From the NCBI GenBank assembly GCA_051649005.1, contig JBOFGF010000234.1:1-45965 (forward strand): a stretch of 45,965 bases of DNA, read 5' to 3'. Shown one piece after another: positions 18,140-27,596 of the stretch; position 1 is the stretch's first letter, and each line of letters starts with the position of its first letter. The position numbers were made by a program, and so were the translations under genes. The notes under the pieces are model-generated. The model was not told the origin of the DNA, ran no database searches, and saw only the letters and a program-made list of their open reading frames with translations. Origin of the DNA: Thermoguttaceae bacterium (GTDB taxonomy: Bacteria; Planctomycetota; Planctomycetia; Pirellulales; Thermoguttaceae).

Positions 18140-21100
18140 ATGACCGGATTATATGTTCAATCAAACGTCCCTTCACTTGTTTCTCAAACGCAGCTCCAGC
18201 GAAATATGGGCAATCTGTCCAGTATTTTGACGCGACTGAGCACAGGTCTTCGAATCAACTCGGGAAAAGACGATCCCGCCGGTTTGATTTCGAGCGAATT
18301 GATGAAGAGCGACATTGTCGCCACAAAAAAAGCGATTCAAAATACGCAGCGCGCAAACAGCGTCATTGGAATTGCTGACAGCGCACTCGGGCAAGTGAGC
18401 AATCTTCTAAATGACATTCGCGGTCTTGTAACTGAAGCGGCCAACTCTGGGGCAATGAGTGCCGATCAGATTCGTGCAAATCAACTGCAAGTCAATGCCT
18501 CTCTCGACTCAATTGACCGAATTGCGAAAACGACAAATTATCAAGGAAAGCTCCTACTAGATGGATCAATGGAGTTCCAAACGACCGGACTAGATCGCAG
18601 TGCGACTACAGACTTGAACATTTATCAGGCAAATTTTGGAACGCAAAATAAGATCGACATTTCCGTTGATGTATTGCAAGATGCAAGTTCCGCCCGACTT
18701 TATTACAATAATGGCGGAGTTAGTGAAAAAGTCGTCATGGAAGTTGGTGGAAATCGAGGCAGTGATATATTTTCGTTCAATGCAGGAGCCTCCGTCAGAG
18801 ATATTGCAGATGCTGTAAATCTCGTTTCAGATTCGACTGGAGTGCGTGCAATTGTCGGAAATGAGGCAACTTATGGACAAATTATGCTCACCAGTGCAGG
18901 TTTGGATAATGACATCAATTTGACTGCTCTGACTGCCGGATCAGCGGCCGGAAATTATACGTTCAAATTTACTGCCGGAAATTCAGACAAAACGACATAC
19001 ACAATCACAAATCCGACTGCCACGACACCTGGAATCATCGAATTCCAACTCAAAATGGCCGGAAATTCTGCGCCGGCAGTCAAAGGATTCGACGCATCTT
19101 TCAATGGAATCCACACTTACAACATCGGCGGCAATGCGACAGCGGCGGATGATGTCATTATCAACACAGTTGATGGCATCAAAATCAATCAGATCGAATA
19201 TGTTGAGATGGCTGTGCCGCCTGTTCCTGCCGTATCTGATGCGGCCGCCGTCTTTGATAAAACAACCGGAAAATTAAAGATTCAATATCAGACCGGCGCA
19301 ACAAACTCTCAATTGGTGGCCGCGCTAAATGACATTGATGGTTTCACCGCCAGTTCTGGCACGGCTGGCCAGCAACTTACAAGCACGGGATTTCGTACAC
19401 CGATTGATCTCCGCGCAAATTCAGGATTAAATATCACATCGACTGTTCCCGGCACGAAATTCGAGAATACCGACATTGTTTATATCAAAAGTGGTGCAAA
19501 TGATGCAGTTGTGGACATTAAATATGCGGATTATGCACAAAGAGCTGCCGCCACAGTTTCGTGGGCTGGAACTGCCCCACCAATCGACATGCGGATTTCC
19601 AGCAAAATGACTGGTGCTGCTTTGAATGATGTCGAAATAGTATTCGAAGATGATACCACCAATTTCAGTGGCGGAGCGATGTCTGCTGTATTTGATGAGG
19701 ACAAAAAAATCCTGCATGTTCGAGGTGATTTGACCAATGCGACTTATGGAAACATCAAAGCCGCAGTCGAATCATTTTCGCCGTTTCGTGTTGATGTAAC
19801 AGACAAACCAAACGGTGATCCAATTGCTCTGAGCCGCACATTTGATGGCATTGCTGGCAGCAATATCAATCCTGGTGGCATCATTTTCACCGGAAGAGTC
19901 AATGGCAACATCGGCACAGATCATCAAACGCTCTTTGTGACTGTTGGCAATTTAGCCACAGCCAATGATGTTGTTACAGCGTTTAATGCTCCGGCCAATT
20001 CCGCCATTGCCGCCAATTTCACCGTCTCAAATACGGCGGGGAGCAATGGCACTGGACGCATCTTTTTGGGGGCCGACACTGATCCGGTGCGTGTTTCGAC
20101 AAGTGTTTTGACGGGCGGTGGAAATGGTGTCACGACCGCTGTTACTGGTCGTGATTTGATGAACTTCATAAATAATGATTCCGTTTTGAATAAATTGTTC
20201 AAAGCCGATATTCCATTTGGACAAGTCGGAACTGGACTTGTCACACTGTTCGACGAAGCTGCTTATTATGGCGATATTTGGGCCGAAACGGGACTCCAGT
20301 TTCTCGGTCCAAAAGGCTCGCCAAACATTATGTTTACAACAGGTGGTGCGAATTCCCAGTTGAGTATCAACTATTCGCCTCCTGCTGCGTCGGGAGTGGT
20401 CAGCTCTCGTCCAGTTGCGAGTCTTTTGGCGACAAATTCAAATGCGGCATTCACTGTGCAGGCTCTTTCAGGCGGACCAGAGTACGACAACATGGCCGTC
20501 AGAATGATTCGGCTTGACAAAAATTTCACGAATGCGCAAAGTTATGCACAATATATCGCCGGCCCATCGACTGCGATGGCTTATTGCGACATTGATGTCA
20601 GAAGTGCTGGATTAGCGGATGAAAAAGGAAAATTCATCGTTACAAGCACAAAAGGTGGGGACGAATATAACAATGTCAACATTGTGGCCCGACTTAATGT
20701 GGATCAAACGGAGCCAGCAAAAGCGGTTTATGATGCCTCCACAAAACAATTGATTATCACAGTAAATAGCAATGCGACGACCGTTTCACAGGCACTCGAA
20801 GCAATCAATTCGACTGGTCAGTTCAAAGCGGATTTCGATTACAGTATCAATAATGATGTCCCTGGATCAGGTGCCGACATTTTCACTTTTGCATCTTTAT
20901 TTCCGGCTGGCAGCGGCGTGGTCGAATCGGTGATCGGAAACACGGGCAAAACTGGCGGCAACAATGGTGTCCTCGAAGTCTATGTCGGAGGCACAAACGC
21001 ACAAATCACGGCATTAAATGTAATTGGAGCGATCAATTCTGGACCGACGACTGGAAATCTCTTTTATGCAGACGCACTGGGAACGGGAGCTGGCCTGATA

Positions 21101-22561
21101 AATTTCCGCAAAGACAATCTAAAAACTGTGATCGGTTCGGACGGAAAATCGCAAACAACGACCAACATGGTGACTCGAATGTTGGGAAGCACCGGCGACG
21201 AAAAGGGAACAATTTATGTCAACTTGGCGACAGATAAGTTTGGCAATTCGATTACGACGGCGGCGGACCTCGTGAAATTTTTCGACAAATTGACACCTGA
21301 ACAAACACATGGAATTAGTGTTAGTGTGGTGAGACCACCTGGACTTCCCAATATCACCGAATGTGGTGATGACTGGGGAAAGGGAATTTTGCGACCGACA
21401 ATGACTATCGACGATTGTGACCGAATCACTTCTTATCCGATCACGTTCAGCTCATTTGGCGAAGTTATTACCAATGGCAATGCACATGGAACGGTGATTT
21501 CGACAAACGGAATTGATGCGTCGCTTGAAATTTATGCCCGAACACCGGGAGCGAATTTCAATGGAGTCGGATTCAGATATGTCAATTTGACTGATCCGAA
21601 TGAGGCAATGTATGCAGATTACAGCGCGACAGATCGGATGATCACTGTCTATATTCAAAGCAATACGACGGCGACTCAGGTGAAAAATCTAATCGAAACG
21701 AGCAAAAATACAAAGGATTTATTCCGTGCGAACCTTCTCGGAAACGGGAGTGGAATGGTGACTATCAAAGACGACTTCCTTGTTCTGCGAGATGGTCAAT
21801 ACGATGCTGGTTATCGCGGCGGAGCACAGATGCTCGGTGCGACAGATGAAGACCCACATAAATTGATTTTCGAGTCGATTGATCAAGGTTCGAGTCAGTG
21901 GGTTTCCGTTCGCGTGCAAACTGGGACGTTTGACCTTAAGAACGAATTTGGCAAAAAAATGGAAACGACTTATGGAACGGACATGGAAGCCGTTTTGAAT
22001 GGAGTAAAGATGAAGGGAGATGGGCGAAAATTGATGATCGACACATCGACATTGAAACTCGATGTCACGATGGCCGACAAAGTCACGACGGGAGATTCGC
22101 TTACATTTTCGATTACTGGCGGCGGTGCCCTTTTCCAACTTGGTCCGCAGGTCGTCTCGAATCAACAGATTCGGCTCGGACTGATTGCCATGAGTACATC
22201 TCGATTGGGCGGCTCTGCTGGCCGATTGTATCAACTGCGCACTGGGGGAAGTGCGGATTTAGTTACATCGGACAGTACCCGCAAATTGGCGGACAAAATT
22301 GTGATGGATGCGATTTCTGCAGTTGCGACGATGCGAGGACGACTGGGCGCGATTCAACGAAGCACGCTTGATCCGAACATTTCCGCATTACAGGATAATC
22401 TCGAAGCGATCACGGCGGCGGAGGCGCAAATCTCAAATGCGGACTTTGCCGAAGAAAGTTCAAAATTAACGAGAGCGCAAATTCTGGTTCAATCGGGTGC
22501 GAGAACACTGGCAATTGCCAATCAGTTCCCACAATATGCCGCTTCGCTTGTCGGCGGCTAA
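18140..22561 (+). CDS. fliC: Giant flagellin (1,473 aa)
   Basis: N-terminal D0/D1 region (LSTGLRINSGKDDPAGLISSELMKSDI ... NYQGKLLLDGS) and C-terminal D1/D0 region (GALFQLGPQVVSNQQIRLGL ... RLGAIQRSTLDPNISALQDNLEAITAAEAQISNADFAEESSKLTRAQILVQSGARTLAIANQFPQ). They bracket a central region of about 1,150 aa. Confidence 0.85.
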   Translation: MTGLYVQSNVPSLVSQTQLQRNMGNLSSILTRLSTGLRINSGKDDPAGLISSELMKSDIVATKKAIQNTQRANSVIGIADSALGQVSNLLNDIRGLVTEAANSGAMSADQIRANQLQVNASLDSIDRIAKTTNYQGKLLLDGSMEFQTTGLDRSATTDLNIYQANFGTQNKIDISVDVLQDASSARLYYNNGGVSEKVVMEVGGNRGSDIFSFNAGASVRDIADAVNLVSDSTGVRAIVGNEATYGQIMLTSAGLDNDINLTALTAGSAAGNYTFKFTAGNSDKTTYTITNPTATTPGIIEFQLKMAGNSAPAVKGFDASFNGIHTYNIGGNATAADDVIINTVDGIKINQIEYVEMAVPPVPAVSDAAAVFDKTTGKLKIQYQTGATNSQLVAALNDIDGFTASSGTAGQQLTSTGFRTPIDLRANSGLNITSTVPGTKFENTDIVYIKSGANDAVVDIKYADYAQRAAATVSWAGTAPPIDMRISSKMTGAALNDVEIVFEDDTTNFSGGAMSAVFDEDKKILHVRGDLTNATYGNIKAAVESFSPFRVDVTDKPNGDPIALSRTFDGIAGSNINPGGIIFTGRVNGNIGTDHQTLFVTVGNLATANDVVTAFNAPANSAIAANFTVSNTAGSNGTGRIFLGADTDPVRVSTSVLTGGGNGVTTAVTGRDLMNFINNDSVLNKLFKADIPFGQVGTGLVTLFDEAAYYGDIWAETGLQFLGPKGSPNIMFTTGGANSQLSINYSPPAASGVVSSRPVASLLATNSNAAFTVQALSGGPEYDNMAVRMIRLDKNFTNAQSYAQYIAGPSTAMAYCDIDVRSAGLADEKGKFIVTSTKGGDEYNNVNIVARLNVDQTEPAKAVYDASTKQLIITVNSNATTVSQALEAINSTGQFKADFDYSINNDVPGSGADIFTFASLFPAGSGVVESVIGNTGKTGGNNGVLEVYVGGTNAQITALNVIGAINSGPTTGNLFYADALGTGAGLINFRKDNLKTVIGSDGKSQTTTNMVTRMLGSTGDEKGTIYVNLATDKFGNSITTAADLVKFFDKLTPEQTHGISVSVVRPPGLPNITECGDDWGKGILRPTMTIDDCDRITSYPITFSSFGEVITNGNAHGTVISTNGIDASLEIYARTPGANFNGVGFRYVNLTDPNEAMYADYSATDRMITVYIQSNTTATQVKNLIETSKNTKDLFRANLLGNGSGMVTIKDDFLVLRDGQYDAGYRGGAQMLGATDEDPHKLIFESIDQGSSQWVSVRVQTGTFDLKNEFGKKMETTYGTDMEAVLNGVKMKGDGRKLMIDTSTLKLDVTMADKVTTGDSLTFSITGGGALFQLGPQVVSNQQIRLGLIAMSTSRLGGSAGRLYQLRTGGSADLVTSDSTRKLADKIVMDAISAVATMRGRLGAIQRSTLDPNISALQDNLEAITAAEAQISNADFAEESSKLTRAQILVQSGARTLAIANQFPQYAASLVGG

Positions 22562-22565
22562 TACC

Positions 22566-23025
22566 GTGTTTAGTTGCGTTTCGTAGAAATGTTTTGTTTC
22601 GAGCCGGTGCGTGATCACCGGCATTTATACCGCGTCGAATCCCGTCGGGATTCTTTCCTGAAACCCGACGGGTTTCAGGAAATGTCAATATAATGCTGCA
22701 AAGTTGTACAAAACCGTCAATGCGGTGCTTCGCACCTCCTTTCCGGCTTCTATTGAACGGCTGGAATTTTTTTCTCTCACGGAGTGTCTCGTCTTCTCCG
22801 TGTTCCCGAACGCCGTCGGCGTTCAAGAATGGTAGAAACGAATTGCCCAAACACACACAACTCCGACGGTCCACTAACAAGTTTTGTGAACTTCGGAATT
22901 TTTTACCACAGAGGGCACGGAGAACACGGAGAACACGGAGAATACAAGACACTCTGTGAACTCTGTGTCTCTGTGGTGAAAACTTGTTAGCAGACTGACA
23001 ACTCCGTCGGAGTTGAATTATGGTC
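22566..23025. repeat. Mosaic hairpin-repeat cluster after the flagellin gene
   Basis: In order: degenerate R1 (22566-22600), CCGGTGCGTGATCACCGG hairpin (22601-22622), gaatcccgtcgggattc (22637-22653), cctgaaacccgacgggtttcagg (22657-22679), GGTGCttcGCACC, CACGGAG..CTCCGTG, gaacgccgtcggcgttc + aagaatggtagaaacgaattgccc (22808-22848), the MITE, then caactccgtcggagttg (22999-23015). Confidence 0.85.
22868..22997 (+). mobile_element. 130-nt MITE, copy 1, flanked by an 11-nt duplication
   Basis: Imperfect 17-nt terminal inverted repeats (GTCCACTAACAAGTTTT vs the reverse complement of the right end, GTCTGCTAACAAGTTTT). Internal cacggagaa x3 and the long internal palindrome ccacagag..ctctgtgg. Flanks are acaactccgac (22857-22867) and acaactccgtc (22998-23008). 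Confidence 0.75.
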
Positions 23026-23184
23026 GGTTGTATTTTATTTTTAATTGAGTATAATGAGAATGTCCAAAAGATTGTCCGATGTCCACTTGGATAAATAGGA
23101 TAAGTGTAAATCCCTCATTTTTCGTTCCATATATCGTTTGATTTTATTTTTTCAATTTCACTCTCCCAAAAAAGGATTTGTGTT

Positions 23185-24282
23185 ATGCTCAAACAATTTT
23201 CGTCATTTGCTCTTTTCGGTTCCGCTTTTCTGGTGCTGTCTCTCTTTCTTGGCTGTTCTAAAACTCCCCAAAAACCAGCTTCAAATCAATCGGCCAGTGA
23301 GACACAGAAATCCCAAGTCACCGACAAACAGTCGAACGACAAAATGGTGATTCCACTCGAACCATCGACCGAACCAGCGTCCAATACTGACAACAAAGAT
23401 GCCAATCAGACCAATAAAATCGAGATAAAACAAGATGTTCCGTCTGAAAAGCCCGCCACTCCAACAGCGGAAAAAGTTGAATCTCCCAAAGACGGCGCAT
23501 TTTTGCTTCCATCACCTGCATCGCTTTCAAGTAGTATATCTGGAAAAGTTGCCTCCGAAGCTGTTTCACTCCCACCAGTCAATGACCTTGTCGCACAAGT
23601 CGATGAATATGTGTCGAAACTTGATGAAACGATCAACAAAGACTTGGATGGAACGAGCAATTACAAAAACGATTCCGATGCCGTCGTTCGTGATGCAAAT
23701 GCTCTCGCTCTTGTGGCACTCGGAATAGGACTTTCCGAAAGTGATTCGCAGTACAAAAAAGCCGCTCCAGGAATTTTCAAAGCGGCCATAAACCTCGCAG
23801 GTGCTGAAACTTATGAGAATGCCAAAAAAGCATGTGCTGTCCTGCAAGAATCACTGAAAAGTGAGGGCGATGCAGGCGATCTTTCTTGGAAGCAAGGAGC
23901 CGCAAATCAGAAAGTCCATCTGAAACCTCTCATGCTCGCAGTTCCCAACTTGGATGCAACTCTCAAACGACTGACAAATACAGAAAAAAAGTTGACTTCT
24001 TCGATGAAAAAGCCGGAGCGTTTGTACGGAACAACTGCCGCCCTGGCCGTCATTGCACAGGGAAGTATGGCAAATGTTGCTGAAACGATCAAACCAGATG
24101 CCGCCGCCGAGTGGGAAATAGAATGTAAACGTTTCCGAGATGCCGCGATCAAAACGAACACCGCTCTCCATGATTTCGCGGATGGAAAGATCGAATACGC
24201 CGCTTTTGAATCGATTTACGAAGGCTTTTCAAAAACATGCGATGAATGTCACGCAATTTTCCAGCCAAGTGCCGGGAAATAG
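23185..24282 (+). CDS. Lipoprotein with C-terminal class II cytochrome c (cytochrome c'-like) heme motif
   Basis: Lipobox LFLGC at the end of the signal peptide, a Ser/Thr/Pro/Lys-rich linker, a helical region, and a single CXXCH (CDECH) 12 residues from the C-terminus. Confidence 0.5.
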   Translation: MLKQFSSFALFGSAFLVLSLFLGCSKTPQKPASNQSASETQKSQVTDKQSNDKMVIPLEPSTEPASNTDNKDANQTNKIEIKQDVPSEKPATPTAEKVESPKDGAFLLPSPASLSSSISGKVASEAVSLPPVNDLVAQVDEYVSKLDETINKDLDGTSNYKNDSDAVVRDANALALVALGIGLSESDSQYKKAAPGIFKAAINLAGAETYENAKKACAVLQESLKSEGDAGDLSWKQGAANQKVHLKPLMLAVPNLDATLKRLTNTEKKLTSSMKKPERLYGTTAALAVIAQGSMANVAETIKPDAAAEWEIECKRFRDAAIKTNTALHDFADGKIEYAAFESIYEGFSKTCDECHAIFQPSAGK

Positions 24283-24439
24283 TCCATTATGAAAAACACC
24301 CCTCCTTTTTAATGAAGGGTGCCCGAAATGGCGGGGTGGTTTTTCAACAACTCCCCTCCTCAAAAAACATACGAATTATTTAGTTTTTGCGAAACAGAAT
24401 TATTAAGTTTTTGGGAAAGGTATGCGTTCACGCGTTTTT

Positions 24440-24760
24440 TGTGTTTTTTGCATAAATTTCCACAAATACAGATTAAATTTGATTACCATGAAATTGCATT
24501 TCCGAATCCCGTCGGGATTCAATATCGGTAGAAACACGAACATCAAAAACGTCAGAACCCCATTCGGGGTTCAATCGGTGACCATTATTCAACTCCGACG
24601 GAGTTGTGTGTTTTTGAGGGCAATTCGTTTCTACCATAATTGAACACCGACGGTGTTCGGGAACGAATTCCGATGCCAAACAAAACCCGCCAACTTACGT
24701 TGGCGGCTCGCCAAAATACACCCGCCAAACAAAACCCGCCGACTTACGCCGGCGGCTCGA
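24440..24760. repeat. Mosaic hairpin-repeat cluster (inverted copy of the 42108-42273 module order)
   Basis: gaatcccgtcgggattc (24504-24520), gaaccccattcggggttc (24555-24572), caactccgacggagttg (24590-24606), gggcaattcgtttctaccat (24618-24637), gaacaccgacggtgttc (24642-24658), and two minus-oriented R2 hairpins (24687-24712, 24736-24759). Confidence 0.85.
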
Positions 24761-24827
24761 TAAACAAAACCCGTGAACGCATACTGCGAAAGCAATCGAA
24801 CCAACTCACCACTAATCACTTCCTTCC

Positions 24828-25985
24828 ATGCAAAATTTTACATTTCACAATCCGACGAAAATCGTTTTCGGTGATGGCACTATCGAACAAATTGGTGCGG
24901 AAACCTGTCCATTTGCCAAAAAAATATTGTACGTTTATGGAAAAGGTTCCATCAAATCGAATGGTATCTATGACAAAACCGTGCGTTCGCTTCTTGCTGC
25001 TGGCATCGAAATAGTTGAATTTGGCGATGTCAAAGCGAATCCGATTCTTTCGCACACTCGGGCCGGAATCGAACTGGCAAAACGCGAAAAAGTCGATGCC
25101 ATTGTTGCTGTCGGCGGTGGAAGCGTCTTGGACGAAGCAAAAGCGATTGCAGGCGGCGCAGTCACTGACATTGATGTCTGGGAATTTTACGCAAGAAAAG
25201 CAACACCACTCGGTGCTTTGCCGCTTTTGACGGTTCTCACTATGTCAGCGACAGGTTCGGAAATGAATGGTGGAACTGTCATTACAAATGAAAAGACAAA
25301 TGAAAAACTCGGACTTGCATGTTCTCATTTTTTTCCGAAGACATCCATTCTCGATCCAGAAACTTTGCGATCTGTTCCACCGGAACAAACTGCTTATGGA
25401 GCGGTCGATGCAGTCACTCATCTGCTTGAAAGTTATTTCACACAAAGCGATCCATATACACCACTTCAAGATCGATATGTCGAAGGAATCGTCAAAACGA
25501 TTACAGAAATCGCAGGTCGAATCCAAACGAATCCGAATGACAGTGCCGCTCGTGCCACGTTTATGTGGGCGGCGACTTTGGCATGGAACACACTCGCGCC
25601 CGCCGGAGTTGGAAATTGGTCCACTCCAAACCACCTAATCGGACACAGTATGAGTGCATTGTATGACACGCCGCATGGTGCGTCTCTCTCCATTTCACTC
25701 GGAGGCTGGCTCCCTTGGTATGCGGAACAGAGCGAAAAACAAGCCGCCCGAATCACACAACTCGGAACTGCCGTTTTTGGAACAAAAAATGCCGACGACT
25801 CGATTTCCAAATTGCGTCAGTGGTTTAGATCGATCAAAAGTCCGACAACTTTGGCCGACATTGGTGTCGATGCAGATGGACTCAAGAAAATAGCCCAAAA
25901 CATTGGTCAATGTGCTCCGCTCTGGGGACTCCCTGAATACACCGAATCTTTCTGCACAGAAATTCTCAAACGAGTTGCTGTTTAG
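24828..25985 (+). CDS. Iron-containing (group III) alcohol dehydrogenase, YqhD/butanol dehydrogenase-like
   Basis: 385 aa. FHNPTKIVFG N-terminus, AVGGGSVLDEAKAIA motif, and metal-binding His region VDAVTHLLE / HLIGHSMSALYDTPHG. Confidence 0.85.
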   Translation: MQNFTFHNPTKIVFGDGTIEQIGAETCPFAKKILYVYGKGSIKSNGIYDKTVRSLLAAGIEIVEFGDVKANPILSHTRAGIELAKREKVDAIVAVGGGSVLDEAKAIAGGAVTDIDVWEFYARKATPLGALPLLTVLTMSATGSEMNGGTVITNEKTNEKLGLACSHFFPKTSILDPETLRSVPPEQTAYGAVDAVTHLLESYFTQSDPYTPLQDRYVEGIVKTITEIAGRIQTNPNDSAARATFMWAATLAWNTLAPAGVGNWSTPNHLIGHSMSALYDTPHGASLSISLGGWLPWYAEQSEKQAARITQLGTAVFGTKNADDSISKLRQWFRSIKSPTTLADIGVDADGLKKIAQNIGQCAPLWGLPEYTESFCTEILKRVAV

Positions 25986-26090
25986 TCCGATTTGGTGAAA
26001 AGCGGGATAAATGCTTCATTTTTTTGCCGTTTATTGTATAATCCGCCGCGATTTATAAAATTTTTTCGAGTTGCTCGAACAAATAAAGAT

Positions 26091-26720
26091 ATGTCAAAAC
26101 AACAAAATACATCCTCATCAACAGATGACTCTCGTTTGGTGGAACAACCAGATTCAGTCAAAACATCTTCTGTTTCTTTGTCGCCACAAACCAGTGAAAA
26201 ACGCCGCGATTTTCTAAAAGTTTCCGTCGCATCAGGAGTCGGTTTGTGTGCGCTGGGTGCGCCACTTGGTGCTGGCACTGTGGCTGTTTTGGCCCCAGTA
26301 TTTCAAGAATCAGCAACTGGAAAATTTTATCCAGTAACTTCTGCCGAAAGTCTTTCGGAAGTTCCGCAAAAATTCCAGATTGTCGATGATATTCGAGATG
26401 CGTGGGCCACACGTCCCAATCAGAAAATCGGCTCGATATTTTTAAGAAAGATAAATGGCAATGTTCAGGCGTTTCATGCCGATTGTCCTCATGCTGGATG
26501 TATGGTGCAAGTCGGTGTGCGGACCGTTCCAGGAAAAGAGACCGAAGAAGTCATGTTCTATTGTCCTTGTCACTCCGCTCACTTTGATCTGGAAGGAGTC
26601 CGAATCGACAAAGTATCGCCGCGTGATCTCGATTCGCTCGAAGTGAAAGTTGAAAATGGAATCGTTTCTGTCAAGTTGCAGAATTTCGTATTCGGAATTT
26701 CAGAAAAACGCCCTTCATAA
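26091..26720 (+). CDS. Tat-exported Rieske [2Fe-2S] protein
   Basis: ATG at 26091 (MSKQQN). Tat motif RRDFLKVSVASGVG and Rieske boxes CPHAGCMV and CPCHSAHF. No cytochrome b gene is adjacent. Confidence 0.8.
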   Translation: MSKQQNTSSSTDDSRLVEQPDSVKTSSVSLSPQTSEKRRDFLKVSVASGVGLCALGAPLGAGTVAVLAPVFQESATGKFYPVTSAESLSEVPQKFQIVDDIRDAWATRPNQKIGSIFLRKINGNVQAFHADCPHAGCMVQVGVRTVPGKETEEVMFYCPCHSAHFDLEGVRIDKVSPRDLDSLEVKVENGIVSVKLQNFVFGISEKRPS

Positions 26721-26804
26721 TCAAGTTGCGAGTTGTGAGAGGCGAGTTGCCTTTTTCTGCCAAACAAGAACAAACAATCCCATTTTGTTGCCATCGATTT
26801 GTAT

Positions 26805-27596
26805 ATGGAAAAGGAATCGCACACATCCCCAATTTTTTCAACTGAAATTCATTCACAGGAAACTCTCGACTCGTCACTGGTAACTATCCATTCAATCGAC
26901 ATTTTATATGAAGAAGGCCCTTGTTTGGCAATCAACAAACCGGCGGGGCTTTTGACGCAGGCGGCTCCCAAAATTGATTCGCTGGAACAACGAGTCAAAG
27001 ACTATTTGAGTCGAGTTGAAGGAGGCGGTCGTTATTTAGGAATCCCTCATCGTCTTGATCGCCCCGTCTCTGGTGTCATTCTTTTCGGAAAAAATTCACG
27101 GGCCACGCGTCGTATTTCGGAGCAATTAGAGCGGCGAGAAATCGATAAACGATATTGGGCAATTGTCGAAGGGCATCTTGCTGAGTCACAGGGAACTTGG
27201 ATTGATTACATGAGGAAAGTGCCAGATGAGGCACGAGCAGAGCCAATCGCGCCCATTCATCCAGATGCACGAGAAGCGATTTTGCATTATACTGTTTTGA
27301 AGCAATTCTACTATCAAGACAGGCCTGTCAGCCATCTTGAAATCAATCTCGAAACTGGACGAATGCACCAAATTCGGCTTCAATTGTGTATACATGGACA
27401 TCCGATTATTGGTGATGCCCAATATGGAAGTACGATTCCATTCGGAAAAAATTTTGAGACCGAACGGCTTCGTGAAATTGCTCTCCATGCGCGCAGTATT
27501 GATTTTGTCGATCCGACAACTCACCTGAAAATCCATTTGGTCGCACCACTTTCTCTTCTGTGGGAGCATTTTTCGGAAATTTCTCCGATTTTCTGA
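26805..27596 (+). CDS. RluA-family pseudouridine synthase (no S4 domain)
   Basis: Motifs HRLDRPVSGVILFGK and GRMHQIRLQLCIHGHPIIGD. The ATG at 26805 lies two codons inside the track's TTG at 26799. Confidence 0.85.
   Translation: MEKESHTSPIFSTEIHSQETLDSSLVTIHSIDILYEEGPCLAINKPAGLLTQAAPKIDSLEQRVKDYLSRVEGGGRYLGIPHRLDRPVSGVILFGKNSRATRRISEQLERREIDKRYWAIVEGHLAESQGTWIDYMRKVPDEARAEPIAPIHPDAREAILHYTVLKQFYYQDRPVSHLEINLETGRMHQIRLQLCIHGHPIIGDAQYGSTIPFGKNFETERLREIALHARSIDFVDPTTHLKIHLVAPLSLLWEHFSEISPIF

Noticed and set aside
18600-22000. Searched the giant flagellin's central region for an HExxH metalloprotease motif (flagellinolysin-type enzymatic flagellin).
   Set aside because: I found no HExxH or other catalytic signature. 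The region is built from IN-like repeat modules.
24290-24325. Hairpin CACCCCTC-ctttttaat-GAAGGGTG after the cytochrome c'-like gene, considered as its terminator.
   Set aside because: The stem has a mismatch, and the T-run lies on the wrong side for the plus-strand gene (it would suit the minus strand). It is too ambiguous to annotate.
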